From positions 690,586 through 722,585 of the forward strand of contig NC_014909.2 of the NCBI RefSeq assembly GCF_000185985.2: a stretch of 32,000 nt of DNA. The letters are read 5' to 3'. Positions within the stretch are counted from its first letter, which is position 1; every line of letters starts with the position of its first letter. Positions 9,184 through 17,211 of this stretch are shown piece by piece. The position numbers and the translations under genes are program-made. The notes below the pieces were generated by a model. The model had not been told where the DNA came from, ran no database searches, and was given only the letters and a program-made list of their open reading frames with translations. This DNA comes from Candidatus Saccharimonadota bacterium (lineage in GTDB: Bacteria > Pseudomonadota > Gammaproteobacteria > Enterobacterales > Enterobacteriaceae).

Positions 9184-9618
9184 ATGAATAGATTAACAGA
9201 TATTTCAAATATGGTAGAATCCTTATCTCGAGTTTATCATCGTCTTCGTAAAGAGGTAAATGGTCAGTTAATTAATGAAGGATTGTCTATGTCCAAAATG
9301 AAAATACTCCATCTCATCACAACTGGTCAAATTAGTGCAACAGATATTAAGAACTATATGGGGTTTTCATCTAGAACTGTGGTTACAGTTTTAGATGCGT
9401 TGGAGAAAGATGAAATGTTACGACGACAACAAAGTCTTACAGATAGACGAGTAAAATATGTACATATTACAGAGAAAGGAAGAGATAAATTACGTATAGC
9501 TAAAAATACTCATAATATAATTTTAGATCGTATATTTTCTCCTTTATCGGAGGTACAACTTAAAAATTTTTATGAAGTATGTCATTTGCTGGAAATTCAA
9601 CAAAAAACATCTAGATAA
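9184..9618 (+). CDS. MarR-family winged-helix transcriptional regulator
   Basis: 144-aa ORF. The core ISATDIKNYMGFSSRTVVTVLDALEKDEMLRRQQSLTDRRVKYVHITEKGRDKL has the MarR/SlyA-type HTH-wing pattern, including the conserved DRR...(L/I)TEKG signature. It is not obviously orthologous to E. coli MarR, SlyA or MprA. Confidence 0.78.
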   Translation: MNRLTDISNMVESLSRVYHRLRKEVNGQLINEGLSMSKMKILHLITTGQISATDIKNYMGFSSRTVVTVLDALEKDEMLRRQQSLTDRRVKYVHITEKGRDKLRIAKNTHNIILDRIFSPLSEVQLKNFYEVCHLLEIQQKTSR

Positions 9619-9750
9619 ATTTTTATTATTATTTTATTTTATGAACAAAAGTAATATGTTAAACTGATCAGATATTTAAGATTCATATTATGAGTTACTA
9701 AGATAGTAGTAACGTGTTATTTTAAGTTGGTAAATTTTTAAAAATGTAAA

Positions 9751-9805
9751 ATCATGCACCTTCCCCCGGGGAAATTTCTTATTTCCCCGGGGGAAGGTGC
9801 ATGAT
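9751..9805. repeat. Perfect 25-bp inverted repeat (hairpin) with a GC-rich core
   Basis: The left arm at 9751-9775 is atcatgcaccttcccccggggaaat. The loop at 9776-9780 is ttctt. The right arm at 9781-9805 is atttccccgggggaaggtgcatgat and is the exact reverse complement of the left arm. 14 of the 25 pairs are G:C. It lies 133 nt after the MarR stop and 41 nt before the gmk ATG. Confidence 0.95.
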
Positions 9806-9845
9806 AGTAATCATTTAATTAAAATAGTAGAATGTTTTAGGGTAT

Positions 9846-10514
9846 ATGAAAAAATGTATAGGTTCATTATGTGCTGTATCTGCTCCCAGTGGTACAGGAA
9901 AATCGACATTAATATGTGCTTTACAAAAGAAAAATTGTTTATTATTTGATACTCAGTTATCAATTTCTTATACTACTCGTAAGCGCCGTTTTGGAGAAAA
10001 ACATGGGGTAGATTACTATTTTATTTCATTTAAAAAATTTAAGTTTATGATTGATAATAATATGTTTTTTGAGTATGCAAAAATTTTTAATAATTATTAT
10101 GGAACTGGAAAAAATAAAATAGAATCTATGTTAAATGCTGGAACGCATATCATTTTAGATATTGATTGGAAAGGAGTACAGCAAATCAAAAATAGAGTAA
10201 CTAATTTTTTTACTATTTTTATTCTTCCACCTTCAAAAGAAGAATTAGAGCTAAGATTACGTCTTAGGAGAAAAGATACAAATGAAATTATTAGTAATAG
10301 AATGAAACATGCTGTCAACGACATATGTCATTTCAAAGAGTATGATTACATCATTATAAATGATGATTTTAACATTGCATTATTTCATTTACAATCGATT
10401 ATTTTATCCGAACAGCTACGCTTAGTATATCAGAAACAACAACATAATGATTTAATTATTGATTTATTGTCTGAAAATTATTGTAAAATAAAGCGAACCT
10501 ATAGTATAGAATGA
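9846..10514 (+). CDS. gmk: Guanylate kinase
   Basis: 222-aa ORF. VSAPSGTGKSTL (P-loop), SISYTTR, NYYGTGK, LDIDWKGVQQIK, IFILPPSKEEL and EYDYIIINDDF are colinear with E. coli Gmk. Confidence 0.95.
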   Translation: MKKCIGSLCAVSAPSGTGKSTLICALQKKNCLLFDTQLSISYTTRKRRFGEKHGVDYYFISFKKFKFMIDNNMFFEYAKIFNNYYGTGKNKIESMLNAGTHIILDIDWKGVQQIKNRVTNFFTIFILPPSKEELELRLRLRRKDTNEIISNRMKHAVNDICHFKEYDYIIINDDFNIALFHLQSIILSEQLRLVYQKQQHNDLIIDLLSENYCKIKRTYSIE

Positions 10515-10547
10515 GTGAATATTACTATTACATAATAGATAAAAAAA

Positions 10548-10724
10548 ATGAATGAAACAACTATAAAGCAATCTTTAAAAACAGAGATAAAAAATAGATT
10601 TAATTTGATATTAGTAGCATCCAGACGAGCAAGACAAATTCAAAATGAAGAAAGAGAGAATTGTTTTGTTAAACAGAATACAAGTAAATGTACTGTTCGT
10701 GCTTTTAAAGAAATGGAACTATAA
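10548..10724 (+). CDS. rpoZ: RNA polymerase omega subunit (C-terminally short form)
   Basis: This gene is absent from the ORF track because it is only 58 aa. By manual translation the ATG is at 10548 and the TAA stop is at 10722-10724. The product is MNETTIKQSLKTEIKNRFNLILVASRRARQIQNEERENCFVKQNTSKCTVRAFKEMEL. E. coli RpoZ begins [31 protein letters not shown]...TTVIALREIEEGL. It lies directly after gmk, as in E. coli. Confidence 0.82.
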   Translation: MNETTIKQSLKTEIKNRFNLILVASRRARQIQNEERENCFVKQNTSKCTVRAFKEMEL

Positions 10725-11768
10725 TACATATCTTGCATACAAAATAAAAGTCTTTCTTTGATTTAAATTTATCAATTATTATCATTAATTTATGTATTAA
10801 TTATATATCAAGAAGGACGGGGTATGCTAAAACAAGCAAGGTATTTTATAAAATTTTTTATATAGCAGAATATAGAATTAAATGGGTGAATTTTATTATA
10901 TTTGAATACTATAATTTAAAAAATTATTATATTGGGGGGTCGTTTATTTTTTGTATCCTGGGTTTAGGTAGAATTTAATAATGAATCTTATATATCATAT
11001 TGATATATACTATCAAAGTATGTAATTGTTCACGTATACATTCAAAATATAAATAAAGTTATTGTGTTTTTGTGTTTACCGGTATAAGTAAAATAGTATA
11101 CTTTCTATTTTTAATAGTGGATAATCAATTCTTCATATTGTAGTGTGTGTAAGTATTGCAGTGCTCATTTGAACTTGATATTTTTGAATAAGTGTTAATA
11201 AATAACTAGGAAAGAAAAGTTTCGAATCAGAGTACTGTTGAAATAAGAATCATAATTTCATGATGCTTAAGGTATCAGTATTATTTAGTTTTATAAATAA
11301 TAAAAAAATATCAATAAATTTTGACAAGGATTTATATTAATATTCAATATATTTATATTACTTCAATTATTTAAATAAATTTTTTTATAAAAAATGAAAA
11401 ATATCACGATAAATAAGTACATTACAATTGATTATGATATTTTAAGTAAATTTTAGAAATCAATAACATCATTGAACACTACATTAAAACTAAATTAAAA
11501 ATTATTATTAATAAGTCGTTGATAAAATCTCCATAAGTATTCAATGTAAAAAGAAATTAGCTACATATAACTTTTTATTATTTGCGTTAAAAATTGAATT
11601 TTATTTTTTATAAAAGAATTTTATTTATTGAATAGAAGATTTTTAATAAATAAATTGTAGTTTTTTAATTTAATATTATAAGATAGAATATAGCAATTAT
11701 TGTAGTATTTATATACTCTATATACTATAGTAGTAATAATTTTTTAAACATTGGTATTATTTTCTTGA

Positions 11769-14621
11769 TTAATGGGCTTGTTCCCAATTTTTTCCAACTC
11801 CAATATCTACTTTTAAAGGAACATTTAAAATAAAACATTCTTCCATAAGTTTTCTAATTTGTTTTACTGCAATATCTACAAATGTATTATTTACTTCAAA
11901 AACTAATTCATCATGTACTTGCATAATCATGTGAACAGGGATATTATCTGTTTGTAACCAAGAATCAATAGATATCATTGCTCTTTTAATGATATCTGCA
12001 GCGCTTCCTTGCATAGGAGCATTAATTGCTGATCTTTCGGCTCCTTTTTTTTGGGATATATTAGAAGAGTAAATATCTGGTAAATATAATTTACGGCCAT
12101 CTAAAGTGGATACGTATCCATTTTTTTTAGCATAATCCTTAATATATTGCATATATTGCATAACTCCAGGATAGCGTTGAAAATATCGGTCTACATATTT
12201 TTGAGCTTCTTGACATGTTACTGATAATTGTTTTGATAATCCAAAAGCAGTCATACCATAAATTAAACCAAAATTAACAGTTTTTGCGCGCTGTCTTTGC
12301 TCTCCTGTCACTAAATGTAATGACGTAACAAAGATTTCAGAGGCTGTTGTGGTATGAATGTCTTTTTCTTCAAGAAAATCATTAATTAATTTGAGATCGC
12401 GAGATAAATGAGCCATAATTCTTAATTCTATTTGAGAGTAATCCGCTGATATAATTAAAGAATTTTCTGGAGCAATAAAGGCTTGCCGTATTTTTCTTCC
12501 GTCATAATTGCGATTGGGAATATTTTGAAGATTAGGATTTGTGGAAGAGAGTCGTCCAGTGGAAGTTCGAGTTTGATTATATGAAGTATGTATACGATTT
12601 GACTTTTTATTGATCATAGATATTAATTTATTAGTATATGTTGATTTTAATTTAGATAAACTTCTATATTTTAAAATAATCTTGGGTATAGAGTGTTTTT
12701 TGGATAATTTTTTTAGTACTTCTTCGCTAGTAGAAGGAGCTCCATGAGGAGTTTTTTTAAAAATTGGTAATTTTTCTTGATTATATAAGATTTCTTGTAA
12801 TTGTTTGGGAGAATCTAAATTAAATGAAGACCCTGTTAATTGATATGCTTGTGTTTTTAAATTGTTTAGCTGAGAATTTAGTTTTATTGAATGAGAATAT
12901 AAAAATTTTTTATCTATTAATACTCCATAATCTTCAATTCTAGAAAGAACGGATATTAATGGTATTTCTATATTTATAAATATTTTTTTTAATTCGTTAT
13001 GTTGTTTTATTTCTGTCCATAAAATTTGATGTAAATTTGATATGGCATATATTAATTGCGTTGAACATGATGATTCTAATTGTATATCTCTAATATTTTT
13101 TTTAATAAGATATTTATTATTATTATAGATTTGTTGGAATTTAAAAATATGATCTAATATTGTAGTTTTATTTAAAAAACGTTTTATATTTTGATAATTA
13201 GAAGTGCCATATAATACATATAATTCTAGTATTACATCAAAAATTGGTCCAGATAAATGTATATTATGTTGTTTTAATAAAGAAAAAATAAATTTCATAT
13301 TATGTCCAATTTTTTTTATTTTTATATTTTCTAAAATTGGTTTCAAAATAGATAATACTTCTGTTAGATTTAAATACCATTGGTACGTATCGTTATTATT
13401 ATCTATATTTAAAGTATGTTGAATATTGATTGGTATATATGCGTTATGCATGGAATTCATAGTGTATGTAGATATACATATTCCAATGATATTAGGAGTA
13501 AAAATATCAAAATTATTTGAATATATATTCAAGATAAAACAGTGGTGAGTGTTATTTTGTTTTATCCAATTTGTTAGTGATGAAATATTAGATATAATGT
13601 CGTTATTATTACTAGATGGGAATGATGGATAATAGTTACATGTATGTGTTATAGTATTTGAAATAAGAGAGGTGTTGCTTAGTTGAGAATTTTGAGTTGA
13701 TGATTTTTTAGTATTTTTGTATTTTTTTAACCATGTACCTGCCTGTAGCTCTGATACCCAAGTATTAAATTCGTATTTTTTAAATAATAAAAATAATTGT
13801 TGGGAATCAATATTTTGTATTAATAATTTATAGTCAGATTGGTTTAAAGGAACATCGATTTTCACAGTTGCTAATTTATAGGAAAGGAAGGCTAATTTTT
13901 TATTTTTAATTAATGTATTTTTTATCGATTGGGAATTTCGAAGATTTAAAATGGATATTTTATGTAAGTTTTGATATAGTGTTTGTAGGTTACCGATGTT
14001 GTTTAATAAAATTTTAGCGTTTTTTATGCCTATTCCTGGTACTCCAGGAATATTATCGGAACGATCTCCAATTAATGCTAAATAATCTGCTATTAGATTA
14101 GGTGATACCCCAAATTTTTTTTTTATTTCTAAAGAGTCCAATATGATATTAGACATAGTATTTATTAAAATAATGTTAGAAGATACAATTTGAGCCATGT
14201 CTTTATCTCCAGTGCTAATTAACACTGTTTTGTTTTTTAGTTGAGCATAAAAATTAGATAATGTTGCGATTACATCATCTGCTTCTACATAAGGTACGCT
14301 TAGCGCGGTAATTCCCATTGCTTTTATTATTGTATTTAGAGGTGTAATCTGAATACATAAATCTTCGGGCATTTGAGGTCGATTCGATTTATATTGTTTA
14401 AATAAATCATTACGAAATGTTTTACCGGGGGAGTCAAATACAATACCCATATGAATAGGTCGATATTTTATTAATAAGCTTCTAATCATGTTTATAACTC
14501 CATATATAACCCAAACAGGATATCCTGTGCTTGTTGTTAAAGGTGGATATGCATGATATGCTCGATATATATAAAAAGATCCATCTATTAAAATAATTGG
14601 ATTATCTATAATATTAGTCAT
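11769..14621 (-). CDS. polA: DNA polymerase I (5' nuclease and polymerase domains intact; 3'-5' exonuclease motifs degenerate)
   Basis: 950-aa ORF. The 5'-nuclease motifs are FDSPGKTFRN, VEADDVIATL, ISTGDKDMAQIV and GDRSDNIPGVPGIG. The polymerase motifs are A (SADYSQIELRIMAH), B (RQRAKTVNFGLIYG) and C (QVHDELVFE). The C-terminus GKNWEQAH matches E. coli GENWDQAH. Confidence 0.97.
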   Translation of the reverse strand: MTNIIDNPIILIDGSFYIYRAYHAYPPLTTSTGYPVWVIYGVINMIRSLLIKYRPIHMGIVFDSPGKTFRNDLFKQYKSNRPQMPEDLCIQITPLNTIIKAMGITALSVPYVEADDVIATLSNFYAQLKNKTVLISTGDKDMAQIVSSNIILINTMSNIILDSLEIKKKFGVSPNLIADYLALIGDRSDNIPGVPGIGIKNAKILLNNIGNLQTLYQNLHKISILNLRNSQSIKNTLIKNKKLAFLSYKLATVKIDVPLNQSDYKLLIQNIDSQQLFLLFKKYEFNTWVSELQAGTWLKKYKNTKKSSTQNSQLSNTSLISNTITHTCNYYPSFPSSNNNDIISNISSLTNWIKQNNTHHCFILNIYSNNFDIFTPNIIGICISTYTMNSMHNAYIPINIQHTLNIDNNNDTYQWYLNLTEVLSILKPILENIKIKKIGHNMKFIFSLLKQHNIHLSGPIFDVILELYVLYGTSNYQNIKRFLNKTTILDHIFKFQQIYNNNKYLIKKNIRDIQLESSCSTQLIYAISNLHQILWTEIKQHNELKKIFINIEIPLISVLSRIEDYGVLIDKKFLYSHSIKLNSQLNNLKTQAYQLTGSSFNLDSPKQLQEILYNQEKLPIFKKTPHGAPSTSEEVLKKLSKKHSIPKIILKYRSLSKLKSTYTNKLISMINKKSNRIHTSYNQTRTSTGRLSSTNPNLQNIPNRNYDGRKIRQAFIAPENSLIISADYSQIELRIMAHLSRDLKLINDFLEEKDIHTTTASEIFVTSLHLVTGEQRQRAKTVNFGLIYGMTAFGLSKQLSVTCQEAQKYVDRYFQRYPGVMQYMQYIKDYAKKNGYVSTLDGRKLYLPDIYSSNISQKKGAERSAINAPMQGSAADIIKRAMISIDSWLQTDNIPVHMIMQVHDELVFEVNNTFVDIAVKQIRKLMEECFILNVPLKVDIGVGKNWEQAH

Positions 14622-14778
14622 AAAATATTTTATTCATATGGTTTCTTATATGAAACAAATAGGAGGAATTTTATGATAATTAAGTTATCATATTTATTGT
14701 TAAAACAGAAGAATAAATATGATAAAATATGATAGTTTGTTTTAATATATGTTTTTGTTTAAAATTAGCCATATTATT

Positions 14779-15438
14779 TTATTTTTTTTCTATTAATAAA
14801 TGTAGTAATTCAGAAAATTGTTGAATATATATTGGAATTGAAGCAATATTTAGTTGATCATTTTTCACCATGTATTTTCCATCTACAAATATTGCTGGAA
14901 TACTTTTTAATTGAAAATTGATCGCTGCTTGTTCTTGGTCTTTAATTAAAGATTGAACTAATATACTGTTCCAAGTTGTATCATATGTATCAGCATCAAT
15001 ACCCAATTTTATGAATGTTTTTCGAATGTCGTCTATAGTATGAATAGATTGTTGTTTTTGTATTGCTGTAAATAAAAAAGAGCTAACTTGATTTTCTATG
15101 CCTAAAGCCATTGCTACCGCCCAGGCATGTGTTAATTGCTTTCCTAAATCTCCTATGTAGTTTACATGGTATTTATAAAAAATGATATTTTTAGGTAATT
15201 TTTTTTGTATATTGTTGGAAATATTATAAATCTGTTCAAATTGATAACAATGCGTACAATAAAAAGAAAAAAATTCTAAAATTTTTGGTGCATTGTGAAT
15301 AGGTTTATGTAACTTTATATATTGTTTTCCTTCTATAATAGAAGATGACGCATGATTATGTAAATATATGCAAAACGTCATTACTAACAAAAAATATATT
15401 GCCTTCATTTTATTTTTACTATTAATATTATTAATCAT
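14779..15438 (-). CDS. dsbA: Periplasmic thiol:disulfide oxidoreductase DsbA
   Basis: 219-aa ORF. EGKQY, ILEFFSFYCTHCYQFE (E. coli has VLEFFSFFCPHCYQFE), THAWAVAMALG, PAIFVDGKY and the C-terminal EKK all match. An alternative ATG at 15408 (MKAIYFLLVM...) would give a more typical signal peptide start. Confidence 0.9.
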   Translation of the reverse strand: MINNINSKNKMKAIYFLLVMTFCIYLHNHASSSIIEGKQYIKLHKPIHNAPKILEFFSFYCTHCYQFEQIYNISNNIQKKLPKNIIFYKYHVNYIGDLGKQLTHAWAVAMALGIENQVSSFLFTAIQKQQSIHTIDDIRKTFIKLGIDADTYDTTWNSILVQSLIKDQEQAAINFQLKSIPAIFVDGKYMVKNDQLNIASIPIYIQQFSELLHLLIEKK

Positions 15439-15625
15439 ATGTTAATTATAATTACTTTAGGAGCATGTACATAAACTATTATGTAAAAGTATTACATTAA
15501 ATTATATTAATTATTTAATTAAATATGTGAATTAAATATGTATTAAACATTGGGGGGTTTATTTTTATAAATACCTTTTTATTTGAAAAGTTAGCAAAAT
15601 GTTCTATTGCAATGAAATTGATTTT

Positions 15626-17101
15626 TCATAGGTTTAATATATTTAATTCATTCCATATGTTATCAATACGAGATTGTGTGTTAGTATTCATTTTAATTGG
15701 AATTCCCCAGGTTCTTTGAGTTTCTCCTGGCCATTTATTTGTAGCGTCTATTCCCATTTTAGATCCTAATCCAGCAATAGGGCTAGAAAAATCAAGATAG
15801 TCTATAGGAGTGTTTTTGATAATTATTATATCTCGGTTTGGATCCATACGAGTAGTCATAGCCCATATAACATCTTTCCAATCTCTAGCATTAATATCGT
15901 TATCGCAAACTATAACGAATTTTGTATACATGAATTGATATAAAACGGACCATACTCCAAAAATTATTCTTTTAGCATGTCCTATATATTTTTTTTGTAT
16001 AGTAATTATAGCTAATCTATAAGAACAACCTTCTGGAGGTAAATAGAAATCCGTAATTTCTGGAAATTGTTTTTGTATAATAGGAATGAATAATTCGTTC
16101 ATAGCCATTCCTAGTATAGAGGGTTCATCTGGAGGTCGTCCAGTATATGTTGAGTGATAAATTGGATTATTTCTATGAGTAATATGAGTAATAGTACAAA
16201 CTGGAAATTGTTCAATAGAATTATAATATCCTGTATGATCTCCAAATGGACCTTCTGGAGCCATATTATTACGTTCTATATATCCTTCTAGCACAATTTC
16301 TGAATGGGCTGGAACATACAAGTCGCATGAGACGCATTTTATAATTTCAGTTTTACTGCCTCTGAGTAAGCCAGAAAAAGCATATTCTGATAGTGAGTTA
16401 GGAACAGGAATAACCGCGCTGATTAAAGTTGCTGGATCAGCTCCTATTGCTATAGCAATAGGGAATTTTTTTTCTGTAGAATTTATGCACCATTCTTTAA
16501 AGTCTAATGCTCCTCCGCGATGAGGAAGCCATCTTATAATTATTTTATTTTTAGATAACACTTGTTGACGATAAATACCTAAATTTTGTCGTTTATTGTG
16601 AAAGCCACGAGTTATTGTAATGCCCCAAGTGATTGCACGGGTGATATCTTGTGGCCAGGATTTCATTATTGGCATACGTGTAATATCAACGTCTTGTGTA
16701 TATTGTATGTTTTCTTGACATACGCCCTTTTTTAAAATTTTAGTAGGCATATGTAAAATATGTTTAAAATGAGTCATTTTAGATAGCAAATCTAATAATC
16801 CTTTTGGAGGTGTTGGTTCTTTTAAATAAGCTAATATTTTTCCAATATTGCGTAGGGATGAAATATTATTGTTTTGATTTATAGCTAATTCTATTCTATG
16901 AGTTGTGCCAAATAAATTACATAACACGGGAATAGAATATCCTATAGGATTAGTAAATAATAATGCTGGGCCTTTAGCTTTAATGGTACGATTTGCAATT
17001 TCAGTAATTTCTAAATTAGGATCAATAGGAAACATTATTTTTTTTAGTAATTTTTTTTGCTCTAAAGTCTTAATAAAATCGCGTAAATCTTTATATTTCA
17101 T
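15626..17101 (-). CDS. ubiD: 4-hydroxy-3-polyprenylbenzoate decarboxylase
   Basis: The ORF is colinear with E. coli UbiD throughout (MKYKDLRDF..., [59 protein letters not shown]). The track ORF starts at a TTG (17149). Homology places the start at the ATG at 17101 (E. coli MDAMKYNDLRDF). Confidence 0.95.
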   Translation of the reverse strand: MKYKDLRDFIKTLEQKKLLKKIMFPIDPNLEITEIANRTIKAKGPALLFTNPIGYSIPVLCNLFGTTHRIELAINQNNNISSLRNIGKILAYLKEPTPPKGLLDLLSKMTHFKHILHMPTKILKKGVCQENIQYTQDVDITRMPIMKSWPQDITRAITWGITITRGFHNKRQNLGIYRQQVLSKNKIIIRWLPHRGGALDFKEWCINSTEKKFPIAIAIGADPATLISAVIPVPNSLSEYAFSGLLRGSKTEIIKCVSCDLYVPAHSEIVLEGYIERNNMAPEGPFGDHTGYYNSIEQFPVCTITHITHRNNPIYHSTYTGRPPDEPSILGMAMNELFIPIIQKQFPEITDFYLPPEGCSYRLAIITIQKKYIGHAKRIIFGVWSVLYQFMYTKFVIVCDNDINARDWKDVIWAMTTRMDPNRDIIIIKNTPIDYLDFSSPIAGLGSKMGIDATNKWPGETQRTWGIPIKMNTNTQSRIDNIWNELNILNL

Positions 17102-17211
17102 AATTTTATTTGTTTTTTGATGCTTGTATGTGTATAAATCGCTATTCAATTTATTGATATTATTAGAATATCATATTTGTTTTAAATATCAGAATATTGT
17201 TAATAGTGTAA

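Noticed and set aside
9727-9752. A possible sigma-70 promoter for gmk, with TTGGTA at 9727-9732 and TAAAAT at 9747-9752.
   Set aside because: The spacer between the hexamers is 14 nt, against an optimum of about 17. In DNA this AT-rich, -10-like hexamers occur everywhere. I mention it only as a hypothesis in the hairpin finding.
10934-10939. Isolated G-runs embedded in similar context. ATTGGGGGGTCGTTTATTTTTT occurs at about 10931-10952. ATTGGGGGGTTTATTTTTA occurs at about 15549-15567. A G9 run occurs at 31264-31272. I considered them as a dispersed motif, a slippage tract or a G-quadruplex.
   Set aside because: Only two copies share context, and the shared part beyond the G-run is generic T-rich sequence. 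There are too few G-tracts for a quadruplex and no consistent position relative to genes. A genome-wide motif count would be needed.
11116-11124. A DnaA-box-like 9-mer AGTGGATAA (8 of 9 matches to TGTGGATAA) in the rpoZ-polA spacer, considered as a sign of an origin.
   Set aside because: It is a single imperfect box with no cluster and no adjacent 13-mer-like repeats. The flanking genes converge, which is terminus-like and not origin-like.
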